From: Eledone cirrhosa
Lineage: Eukaryota
Assembly (NCBI GenBank): GCA_964016885.1
Contig: OZ024752.1
Span: 5,952,001 to 6,016,000, forward strand
DNA: 64,000 bases
Direction: 5' to 3'
The notes under the pieces were generated by a model. That model was not told the origin of the DNA and searched no databases. It saw only the letters and a list, made by a program, of their open reading frames with translations. Positions 1 through 13,200 of this stretch are shown here, in pieces (positions within the stretch are counted from its first letter, which is position 1; every line of letters starts with the position of its first letter). A program made the position numbers and the translations under genes.

Positions 1-180
1 GTTTGCTGAGTAGGGTGTGTGTGTTGGTTATTTTCTTTATGTATTCATAAGTATGGGGGGTAAGAATTCTCTAGATAAACATGCTATCATACATGACAGA
101 TGGGATAAACTTTATATCTGTGTTATAGATTTTATAGAATTTAAATACTTGTCTGTTTTCTGGAGGATGATTTGCTATCG

Positions 181-292
181 ACATGCGCACGCACACACGC
201 ACGCACGCACACACGCACACGCACGCACGCACACACGCACACGCACACACACGCGCACACACACGCACGCACGCACGCACGCACGCACGCAT

Positions 293-342
<50 letters not shown>
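181..342. repeat. (CACG)n/(CA)n microsatellite
   Basis: Read directly. Confidence 0.95.
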
Positions 343-344
<2 letters not shown>

Positions 345-506
345 TAATTCAAATAGAGTTTTAGTGTTCAAATTGTGGGAGTGGGAAAAATCTCAGGCCA
401 CTTGAGATTATCCTCACAATATCATGACAAAAACTCCCTTTCAGGGTGTTCAGATCACAAGAAGGGAGAGAACTCCTTTAACTCCTTTGATACAAGACTT
501 TTGAAC

Positions 507-551
<45 letters not shown>

Positions 552-1020
552 AGTTCAAGGAGACAAAAAACAGAGGTACAAGATGTGTTAGAAGTGTCAC
601 ACTTTATATTGGAAAGGGGAAAGAAAGTTTGATGTGTTGGGCTTAAGCCCTTCTTCAGGAGTAGAAAAAGAGACAGAAGCACAGGAGAAACAGAAAAAAG
701 GTCTGAGTAAAGACAAAAAAATTGAAAAAGAAAAGTGAAAACAAGACTAAGAGAGAGTGTTTGAGTGTGATTTAATGTCCATTATATCTAATGTTTATGT
801 TTGCTCTCACATGCTAGCATGGGTTGGTCACATTTCTGAAGCAATGCTCTACAAGTAGATGATCTTCTTCATAGCAACTGTTAGGAAGTGCATCCATCCA
901 TAGAAACTAAGCCAAATATGGAATGTATGCGGAATATGAGGTCACTTTGACCTGTCAGACCTCAGATCATGACAACCCCTCCTACATGGAAGGCAGACAT
1001 AACATTATTATTATTATTAG

Positions 1021-1410
1021 GGTGGTGGATTGGCAGTAGGATCGATAGAGCACCAGACACCATGCTCCGTGACATAGAGTTACAGACCTTTACGTTCTGA
1101 GTTCAAATCCCGCCGAGGTTAGCTTTACTTTTCATCCTTACAGGGTTGATAAAACAAAGTACCAGTAACGGACTGGGGCCGATTTAATTGACTTCCCCTC
1201 CCCCCAAATTACTAGAAATCATTGGCAGTGTCGGTAGAGGGTTGGACGCCATGCTTTGCAGCATAGAGTTACGGCCCTTTATGGTCCGGGTTCAAATCCC
1301 ACCGAGGTTAACTTTGCCTTTCATCCTTATGGAGTCGATAAAATAAAGTACCAGTAATACACTGGGGTAATTTCTGGCCTTGTTCCAGAAGTAGAAACAA
1401 TTATTATATA
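1021..1410 (+). mobile_element. Two tandem tRNA-derived SINEs (family 1)
   Basis: B-box-like gagttcaaatccc followed by the conserved tttcatcctt..ggggtcgataaaataaagtaccagt core and an (ATT)n tail; the motif recurs many times in the window. Confidence 0.8.
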
Positions 1411-1543
1411 ATGTTAATAATATTATATGATACTTCATTTACTGACATTAGTTATGACTATTCTACTATATGACTATTTAGCACATATATTGGTGTTCTA
1501 CATATTAGATAGGTAGGTAGGTAGGCGAGTTGATGGTCTGTTG

Positions 1544-1750
1544 TTCTTCTTCTTCACGCACTTATTCCTGAGAGGGTCGTGGGGGAAGAGTCCTCAAACA
1601 CTCCTTCCAGTGGGTCCTCTCAGAAGCAACCATCTCTAACTGATCCAGCCCGATCCCCAAGTGAGATCAGCCAAGCTGATCCAACCATCTTTCTCAGGGT
1701 CTACCCCTGGGTCTCCTGCCAGTTGGTGTTGCCCATAAAATCTGTTGGTC
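1544..1750 (-). mobile_element. 3' fragment of an RTE-like LINE with (GAA)n tail
   Basis: The reverse complement matches the 3' end of the element at 58700-59082; GRRPRGRP motif. Confidence 0.7.
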
Positions 1751-1940
1751 TATTGTTGACATATATGTATGTATGTATGTATGTATGCATGTATGCATGT
1801 ATGCATGTATGCGTGTGTGTGTGTGTGTATATATATACACGCACACACATATATATATTAAAGAAGAGATATGTATCATATGAGTGGAGGAGTTTGTTTT
1901 TAAATGTATTGCCTTCTCCTCCATTCATTCCGAGTGTGTG

Positions 1941-1984
<44 letters not shown>

Positions 1985-2203
1985 CCAGCAATAAATGACC
2001 AATAAATAATCAATTAGTTCTATCTGCTTGGTCTATTGTTAAGAGATATAATTGATTGTTTATTGGTCATCTTTTGCTGACCTAATAGGAAAAGAAACCA
2101 ATCAATAACATATAGATCATTACTACTAGACATCCATCTTGTCTCTTTCAACCTTTCAACTTACCATATTTTGATATTTGCTATTGGGTATTTCATATAG
2201 TTT

Positions 2204-2400
2204 ATACTGGGATTATTGAGGGTATTGGGGGGGGCTATACTGGGATTATTGAGGGTATTGGGGGGGGCTATACTGGGATTATTGAGGGTATGGGGGGGGG
2301 GGTATACTGGGATTATTGAGGGTATGGGGGGGGGTATACTGGGATTATGGAGGGTATGGGGGGCTATACCAGTATTCTTGAGGGTATGGGGGGCTATACT
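2204..2400. repeat. ~33-bp G-rich minisatellite (tatactgggattattgagggtattggggggggc), ~6 copies
   Basis: Read directly. Confidence 0.9.
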
Positions 2401-2489
2401 AGTATATCACTATTGTTTTAATTATTAGACAACTATGAAGTCTTTTCTTTACATAGATGCAGGAATGGCTGTCTAAGAAAAGTCTAAAG

Positions 2490-2750
2490 TCTGTCTCTAT
2501 CCCGGATGCTCATCAGGCCGGTGTTTATCCCAGTTTCTGTGGCGTTAAGTGACAGACCCCCTGGACAGGACGCCAGTCCATCACAGGGTTGAGCCTGCAG
2601 CTATTGCAGGTTCTCATTTACAGCTGAGTACACTGTAGCAACGTGAAATAAAGTGTCTTGCTCAAGAACACAACATACAACCTAGCCCAGGAATTGAACT
2701 CTCAATGTTATGATCATAGGTCCAACACTCTTACCACTAGGCCACATGTG
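2490..2750 (-). mobile_element. tRNA-derived SINE (family 2)
   Basis: The reverse complement resembles the plus-strand copy at ~42120-42390 (ggcctagtgg...gttcaattcct...tgttgtgttcttgagcaagacact). Confidence 0.6.
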
Positions 2751-2975
2751 GCTGTGTGGTTAAAGACTTTGAAGCCACATGCTTCTGGGTTCAGTCCAGC
2801 AGCATGACATCCTCAACATGTAACTTCTACTATAACGTTGAGTTGACAAATACTTTGTTAGAATTTGGTAAGCAGAAACTGTGCTGCCATATTAAAAATA
2901 AACGTAGTGAGAGACTGGTGACTACAGTGACGGAAATTCAGTGGGAACGATACAGTGTACATAAAACATACAGTG

Positions 2976-5050
<2,075 letters not shown>

Positions 5051-5151
5051 ACATATCTTCAAGTCTTATGACATCTGTAATTTACGATATCTGTAGTTTA
5101 TAATATCTTTAAGGTATGATCTAATATGAAATCTCTGTGTTATTATTGCAG

Positions 5152-5284
5152 GTATCAAAAATGTTGTCTCTCTGTTTACTGCTGTGCTGACCGATCACAA
5201 AGTTCTTTTTCTCTCTCAAAGTTACACACGTCTAACTGATGCCTGTCATGGATTAACTGCTCTTCTCTACCCCCTACGCTACAG
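5152..5284 (+). CDS. SBF2: Sbf exon A (DENN): [44 protein letters not shown]
   Basis: ttattgcag|G acceptor, AG|gtcagt donor; phase 1 to phase 2. Confidence 0.92.
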
Positions 5285-5474
5285 GTCAGTCTCTTATCAG
5301 AATATCCTGGTGTATTTTAACATGTTACCACCTCAACAGGGTTTTCATACTTCTGATTCAACAGAACAGTTCCCTCAACCCTTTCTTTGGCAAGTTTTCT
5401 AAGTTTGAATTATTTTACTAGCACCAAGTTTCAGACCAGGGATTGTGGACACACAATGACTGCATGGTTAAGTG

Positions 5475-5689
5475 CAGCATGTCAAACTGAGGGTCCTCCG
5501 AGGGCCACATGGGTCACATGTGTTGTCTGAGGGCCACAGATGACAACTAATTGCGCACAAACACCTAATTTTTAAAATTTTATATTACGAAGATAAAACA
5601 TGCTTGCGCTGTAAAAACCTTTGAGTGGGCCGCAGGTGAGCCTGTAAAGGGCCGCATGTGGCACGTGGGCTGCATGTTTGACATGCCTG
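5475..5689. mobile_element. hAT-type MITE inserted into a SINE head
   Basis: TIRs cagcatgtcaaac / gtttgacatgcctg; 8-bp TSD gttaagtg / gttaagag. Confidence 0.8.
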
Positions 5690-6263
5690 GTTAAGAGGGT
5701 CCCTTCACAATTTTAAGCTGCTGTGTTCAATTCCACTACATGACATCTTGGTATCATTTACCACAGCCTCTGATCAACCTAAGTTGTATGAATTAATTTT
5801 GGTAGATAGAGACTGTGTGAAAGCTTGTTGGATGTATTGTATCTAATTCAAAGGACCAACTTTGTCATATAATGTGTGAAGCTGAATCTCCCTGAGAACT
5901 ATATTAAGGGTATACATGTCTGTGGAATACTCAACCACTTATACTATACTAAATTGGTTGTATCTGTAATTCAGAAGGCCAACCTTATCATAGTGTGTCA
6001 TGCCGAATCTCCCTGAGGATTATGTGGATGTTACATATGTCTGTACAATATTTAACCATTTCCAGTATAATACAAGGTTGACTCTGGTTGTGGCTCAAGG
6101 AACCAGTCTTGTCTTACAACAGGACAACTCATCTAACCCATGCTAGCATGGGTCATGGATGTTATACAGTGATGATGGTGATGATGATGATTTAATAATA
6201 AGTATGGTATACTCTAAATACAACTAATTTTTACATACTTTCCCATTTTTCTTATGATTCTAG

Positions 6264-6372
6264 CTATGTCTACATACCTATTCTCCCTATATCATTATTG
6301 GAGGTATTGAACACTCCAACACCGTTCCTTGCCGGTATTCATTCCTCAATATGCCCAGAACGTTCCGATCTG
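6264..6372 (+). CDS. SBF2: Sbf exon B: (S)YVYIPILPISLLEVLNTPTPFLAGIHSSICPERSDL
   Basis: ttctag acceptor, gtaaga donor; classic DENN YIPILP...PTPF motif. Confidence 0.93.
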
Positions 6373-6579
6373 GTAAGAACCATTAAATTCTTTACATTCA
6401 ACCATATCTATATATCTATCTATCTATATATCAGATCTCTATATACCATATCTATATCTATATATATATATATATATATATATATAATCAAAGAAGAGAA
6501 ATAGGACGAAGGTAAACAATTACAAAAGAACTTGTTCCTCACAACTTGTTCTACCAAGATTTGGAATACTCCTAATAAC

Positions 6580-6618
<39 letters not shown>

Positions 6619-6669
6619 TCTCTATATAACATATCTATATATATCAACTACAATCTCATCTCTCTCTAT

Positions 6670-6870
6670 ATAATAATAATAATTGTTTCTACTTTAACCA
6701 CAAAGCCAGCAACCATCCAGTACATTACTGGTACTTTATTTTATCGACCCCGTAAAGTTAACCTCGGTGGGATTTGAACTCAGACTGTAAAGGGACGTAA
6801 CTATGCTAGAAAGCATGGCGTCCAACCCTCTACCGATACTGCCATTCACTGCCCTATATAATAATAATAA
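6670..6870 (-). mobile_element. SINE family 1, antisense
   Basis: actggtactttattttatcgacccc...ggatttgaactcag is the reverse complement of the SINE core. Confidence 0.8.
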
Positions 6871-6914
6871 TGAGTAGGAACAAGGTGTCACAGTATCATC
6901 ATTATATTCCCGTT

Positions 6915-6968
<54 letters not shown>

Positions 6969-7957
6969 CATTTTAGAAGAAAACTTTCCCCAAGCCCATA
7001 AGTACGATAGTATAATAAAAAGTACTATAGTATAATAAAAATACTGTTAAATTATTATTGTCCACCACACCTGATTTAGCTCAATATTTGGCTTAACAAT
7101 AATAAGCAATCTAACTATCCCACAGTTTTAGATAATGAATATAAGAATAGTAGTAATATTGTAGATAATAATGGACAGAGTAACAAAGTTAATTATTGTA
7201 GGCTGTTGAATACTAGTAACTCTTTATTTTACCAGTAGTTATACAGTAAACCTCTAAATACTAATAATCTGGTAACTAGTTGTAATTATAGGGTCCCTGA
7301 TTCTTGCCCGTTAGGGGATATTAAAGTAATGTAGCATATAAGTGTGAGGTCTTGTAATAAATCATTTAATTACATAGGAACAATTGCTAATAATTTTAAA
7401 ACTGTGTTTTATGCACGTTTACACTCTTTTAAGAATGAAAAATTAAAATATTCTACTTCTTTAGCTAAAAAGGATAATATTCAATACTCTGATGGAGTAT
7501 TGTTAATTCAGCAAAACTGGAGGTGGTAAAATTAGATGTTATCTTTATTTGAGTGAAGTATTTGAAATAACTTCTAAAATGAGTCTCCTCAACTCTAGAA
7601 ATACGATAATCCCTTCTTGTTCATATAGAACTTTTAACTCTTTACAGATGACGACATCTGCAGCCATTTTGAAAATAGTGTTCATTGACTGTTGTTTACA
7701 AAGGGAGGCAATAAGCCAAGGGAAAATAAATCAGACAAATATGTATGTGAAAGTACTTAATTAGGTATTTTATGTTGGAATATATAGATGTAGATTCACC
7801 ATCCCACACACATCCACGTATAAAAGGGAATATTAGTATAGAAATATATATACACATTTATACAATTTATCATTAATAAATCCAATTAAACATAATCAAT
7901 TCATAATGTGAGACACCAATGTTAAGATAAAATGTTATTTTTCTCTGTATTTTGTAG

Positions 7958-8071
7958 CTTGATGTGATAGTTGCTGATCTGGATGGTGGCAATATACTAA
8001 TTCCTGAATGTAACAACCTCCCCACCATCATGGATCAACTCTTCAATAGAACTATGAAGGCATTGACTATG
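7958..8071 (+). CDS. SBF2: Sbf exon C: LDVIVADLDGGNILIPECNNLPTIMDQLFNRTMKALTM
   Basis: tttgtag acceptor, gtaagt donor, 114 nt; DVIVADLDGG motif. Confidence 0.92.
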
Positions 8072-8510
8072 GTAAGTGGTGGTGGTGGTGGTGGTTGGGG
8101 TTATAGTGGTGGTGGTGGTGGTGGTGGCTGTGGTTATAGTGGTGGTGGTGGTGGTGGTTGGGGTTATAGTGGTGGTGGTGGTGGTTGGGGTTATAGTGGT
8201 GGTGGTGGTGGTGGTGGCTGTGGTTATAGTGGTGGTGGTGGTGGTGGTTGGGGTTATAGTGGTGGTGGTGGTGGTTGGGGTTATAGTGGTGGTGGTGGTG
8301 GTGGTGGTGGCTGTGGTTGGCCTTATAGTTGTGGTGGTGGCTGTGGTTGGGGTTATAGTTGTGGTGGCTGTGGTGGTGGTGGTTGGGGTTATAGTTGTGG
8401 TGGTGGCTATGGTTGGGGTTATAGTTGTGGTGGTGGCTGTGGTTGGGGTTATAGTGGTGGTGGCTGTGGTTATAGTTGTGGTGGTAGTGGTGACTGATGG
8501 TGGTGGTAAT
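8072..8510. repeat. (GGT)n/ggttatagt compound repeat starting at the exon C donor
   Basis: Read directly. Confidence 0.92.
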
Positions 8511-8558
8511 GACAATGTTATGTATTCCATACCATAATAGTAAGTGTTGTTGTTGTAG

Positions 8559-8636
8559 ATTATAAAACCAGAATTGCTCGCAGCAGACGATGCCTTCCCA
8601 GCACCTCCCAAGAAACCGAAACCTATGGAGAGAAAG
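8559..8636 (+). CDS. SBF2: Sbf exon D: IIKPELLAADDAFPAPPKKPKPMERK
   Basis: ttgtag acceptor, AAG|gttcgt donor, 78 nt in frame. Confidence 0.85.
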
Positions 8637-8696
8637 GTTCGTTCTACTTTCATCTTTGATATCTTTACAAATTTAATGTTTTTCTTGGTTTTCTAT

Positions 8697-8860
8697 CAAA
8701 TATCTTTGGCACAAAAGGGGTGGGAGGTATAAAATGTGTACCAGTAATATCTTTGGCACAAAAGGGGTGGGAGGTGTAAAATGTGTACCAGTAATATCTT
8801 TGGCACAAAAGGGGTGGGAGGTATAAAGTGTACCAGTAATATCTTTGGTTACAAAAGGGA
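8697..8860. repeat. ~47-bp minisatellite, 3-4 copies
   Basis: aatatctttggcacaaaaggggtgggagg recurs. Confidence 0.85.
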
Positions 8861-9096
8861 AGGTAAGAAATATTCCAATATGTTTTTGACACTCAGAATT
8901 GAAAAAAATGAAAAAAAAAAAAGAAAATGAGTAAAATAAGCAAGATATTCTTCTTTGTTATTACTAATATTGGGGTCGATAAATAAAGTACCAGTAATGC
9001 ACTGGGTCGATTTAATCGACTTTCCCTTCCCTCAGATTACTGGCCTTGTGCCTATACATCATCATCATTATTATTGTTATTATTATTACTTTATAG

Positions 9097-9210
9097 GACA
9101 AAGAAATTCGTGCTGTTTTCATCCGTCTGTTTGCTGAGTTGTTCACAGGATACCGTTCCTGCCTCACATTGATTCGTATCCATCCAGAACCATTTATCAC
9201 TTTCCATAAA
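9097..9210 (+). CDS. SBF2: Sbf exon E (dDENN): [38 protein letters not shown]
   Basis: tttatag acceptor, gtaaga donor, 114 nt. Confidence 0.94.
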
Positions 9211-9794
9211 GTAAGAATTGAACATTGCTTTTGTCCCCCTTCATTTCCTGTCCTCATCTTAACACTCTTAATTCCAACCTCCCTAAAACCACACCTGCTT
9301 CTATCGACATGTTTATTTATTTTAAAATGTTTATATCTAATCACCTTCCATAAACATTTTAAATAAGAACATTTGATAACTCTTTCATTTCTACATTTCT
9401 AACGACATATACTGCCTGTCAATTAATTAATGAAGATTGGCGTGGGCTGTTAAAATCATTAATTATTTCATGACTAACATAGTAATCTAACAAAAATGTT
9501 TTATATAAAATTATATTGGAAGATTTTTAATTTAAACAAGAAAACTTTAAAATGGCTGCTTTTGTTTCATAGAACCAGAACTAGTTTTGGCCTGGTTGTT
9601 ATAAAAAAATGTTAAAATAAACAGCTTTGTAATGTAGAACAAAAGACAGTTTCAGGCAGTATGGTAGCAAGAGGATTAATACCACTGAAATCAGGACAAG
9701 CATCAGTTTGATGAGCCTATAGACTTAACTCTTCTCCCTTTCTTTTGACCTCCATATTGTAAATAAAGTTAACTGTATGTTTATATCTTTACAG

Positions 9795-9923
9795 GCCTAC
9801 TTTCTTGGACAGCGTGCTATGGTTGATGATGAGTTTGCTTGCCGTGTTCTCGACTGTATGAGTTTCAGTTCATTTGTGGCTGAACGTGGCCCTCCTTATA
9901 GAGTCTGTGATATATTTGATGAG
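9795..9923 (+). CDS. SBF2: Sbf exon F: AYFLGQRAMVDDEFACRVLDCMSFSSFVAERGPPYRVCDIFDE
   Basis: tttacag acceptor, GAG|gtaagt donor, 129 nt; FVxERGPPYR motif. Confidence 0.93.
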
Positions 9924-10229
9924 GTAAGTGTAGCTCTTCACTCTTATATAAGTGTAGGTCGTCACTCTTATGTAAGCGTAGGTCTTCACTCTTATGTAAG
10001 TGTAGCTCTTCACTCTTATACAAGTGTAGCTCTTCACTCTTATATAAGTGTAGCTCGTCACTCTTATACAAGTGTAGCTCGTCACTCTTATATAAGTGTA
10101 AGTCTTCACTCTTATATAAGTGTAAGTCTTCACTCTTATGTAAGTGTAGGTTGTCACTCTTATATAAGTGTAGCTCTTCACTTTTATGTAAGTGTAGGTC
10201 GTCACTCTTATATAAGTGTAGCTCTTCAC
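9924..10229 (+). repeat. 24-bp minisatellite whose first unit is the exon F splice donor, ~12.5 copies
   Basis: Unit gtaagtgtagctcttcactcttat. Confidence 0.92.
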
Positions 10230-10295
10230 AATATATATTTTATTGTGACAACCTTGGGAACAGGTCATTGATATCAAAGATTTTCAAAGAGCCTG

Positions 10296-13200
10296 TATGT
10301 TGACAATTGTTGTTTATTTCTGTAGGATTATCTGTCATATGTTGACAATTGTTGTTTATTTCTGTAGATCTGTCATATGTTGACAATTGTTGTTTATTTC
10401 TGTAGGTTTATCTGTCATATGTTGACAATTGTTGTTTATTTCTGTAGGTTTATCTGTCATATGTTGACAATTGTTGTTTATTTCTGTAGGATTATCTGTC
10501 ATATGTTGACAATTGTTGTTTATTTCTGTAGGATTATCTGTCATATGTTGACAATTGTTGTTTATTTCTGTAGGTTTATCTGTCATATGTTGACAATTGT
10601 TGTTTATTTCTGTAGGATTATCTGTCATATGTTGACAATTGTTGTTTATTTCTGTAGGTTTATCTGTCATATGTTGACAATTGTTGTTTATTTCTGTAGG
10701 TTTATCTGTCATATGTTGACAATTGTTGTTTATTTCTGTAGATCTGTCATATGTTGACAATTGTTGTTTATTTCTGTAGGTTTATCTGTCATATGTTGAC
10801 AATTGTTGTTTATTTCTGTAGGATTATCTGTCATATGTTGACAATTGTTGTTTATTTCTGTAGGTTTATCTGTCATATGTTGACAATTGTTGTTTATTTC
10901 TGTAGGATTATCTGTCATATGTTGACAATTGTTGTTTATTTCTGTAGGTTTATCTGTCATATGTTGACAATTGTTGTTTATTTCTGTAGATCTGTCATAT
11001 GTTGACAATTGTTGTTTATTTCTGTAGGTTTATCTGGCATATGTTGACAATTGTTGTTTATTTCTGTAGGTTTATCTGTCATATGTTGACAATTGTTGTT
11101 TATTTCTGTAGGATTATCTGTCATATGTTGACAATTGTTGTTTATTTCTGTAGGTTTATCTGTCATATGTTGACAATTGTTGTTTATTTCTGTAGGATTA
11201 TCTGTCATATGTTGACAATTGTTGTTTATTTCTGTAGGATTATCTGTCATATGTTGACAATTGTTGTTTATTTCTGTAGGATTATCTGTCATATGTTGAC
11301 AATTGTTGTTTATTTCTGTAGGATTATCTGTCATATGTTGAGAATTGTTGTTTATTTCTGTAGGTTTATCTGGCATATGTTGACAATTGTTGTTTATTTC
11401 TGTAGGTTTATCTGTCATATGTTGACAATTGTTGTTTATTTCTGTAGGTTTATCTGTCATATGTTGACAAGTGTTGTTTATTTCTGTAGATCTGTCATAT
11501 GTTGACAATTGTTGTTTATTTCTGTAGGATTATCTGTCATATGTTGACAATTGTTGTTTATTTCTGTAGGTTTATCTGTCATATGTTGACAATTGTTGTT
11601 TATTTCTGTAGGATTATGTCATATGTTGACAATTGTTGTTTATTTCTGTAGGTTTATCTGTCATATGTTGACAATTGTTGTTTATTTCTGTAGATCTGTC
11701 ATATGTTGACAATTGTTGTTTATTTCTGTAGGTTTATCTGTCATATGTTGACAATTGTTGTTTATTTCTGTAGATCTGTCATATGTTGACAATTGTTGTT
11801 TATTTCTGTAGGATTATCTGTCATATGTTGACAATTGTTGTTTATTTCTGTAGGTTTATCTGTCATATGTTGACAATTGTTGTTTATTTCTGTAGGATTA
11901 TCTGTCATATGTTGACAATTGTTGTTTATTTCTGTAGGTTTATCTGTCATATGTTGACAATTGTTGTTTATTTCTGTAGGTTTATCTGTCATATGTTGAC
12001 AATTGTTGTTTATTTCTGTAGATCTGTCATATGTTGACAATTGTTGTTTATTTCTGTAGGTTTATCTGTCATATGTTGACAATTGTTGTTTATTTCTGTA
12101 GGATTATCTGTCATATGTTGACAATTGTTGTTTATTTCTGTAGGTTTATCTGTCATATGTTGACAATTGTTGTTTATTTCTGTAGGATTATCTGTCATAT
12201 GTTGACAATTGTTGTTTATTTCTGTAGGTTTATCTGTCATATGTTGACAATTGTTGTTTATTTCTGTAGATCTGTCATATGTTGACAATTGTTGTTTATT
12301 TCTGTAGGTTTATCTGGCATATGTTGACAATTGTTGTTTATTTCTGTAGGTTTATCTGTCATATGTTGACAATTGTTGTTTATTTCTGTAGGATTATCTG
12401 TCATATGTTGACAATTGTTGTTTATTTCTGTAGGTTTATCTGTCATATGTTGACAATTGTTGTTTATTTCTGTAGGATTATCTGTCATATGTTGACAATT
12501 GTTGTTTATTTCTGTAGGATTATCTGTCATATGTTGACAATTGTTGTTTATTTCTGTAGGATTATCTGTCATATGTTGACAATTGTTGTTTATTTCTGTA
12601 GGATTATCTGTCATATGTTGAGAATTGTTGTTTATTTCTGTAGGTTTATCTGGCATATGTTGACAATTGTTGTTTATTTCTGTAGGTTTATCTGTCATAT
12701 GTTGACAATTGTTGTTTATTTCTGTAGGTTTATCTGTCATATGTTGACAAGTGTTGTTTATTTCTGTAGATCTGTCATATGTTGACAATTGTTGTTTATT
12801 TCTGTAGGATTATCTGTCATATGTTGACAATTGTTGTTTATTTCTGTAGGTTTATCTGTCATATGTTGACAATTGTTGTTTATTTCTGTAGGATTATCTG
12901 TCATATGTTGACAATTGTTGTTTATTTCTGTAGGTTTATCTGTCATATGTTGACAATTGTTGTTTATTTCTGTAGGTTTATCTGTCATATGTTGACAATT
13001 GTTGTTTATTTCTGTAGATCTGTCATATGTTGACAATTGTTGTTTATTTCTGTAGGTTTATCTGTCATATGTTGACAATTGTTGTTTATTTCTGTAGGAT
13101 TATCTGTCATAGGTTGACAATTGTTGTTTATTTCTGTAGGTTTATCTGTCATATGTTGACAATTGTTGTTTATTTCTGTAGGATTATCTGTCATATGTTG

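Noticed and set aside
17-405. His/Thr- and Cys/Val-rich ORFs
   Set aside because: Translations of the (CA)n microsatellite.
1095-1310. tRNA genes suggested by GTTCAAATCC boxes
   Set aside because: These are SINE heads without a complete cloverleaf, followed by the SINE core.
7997-8653. Mucin-like poly-Thr (minus strand) and poly-Val ORFs
   Set aside because: Other reading frames of the (GGT)n repeat.
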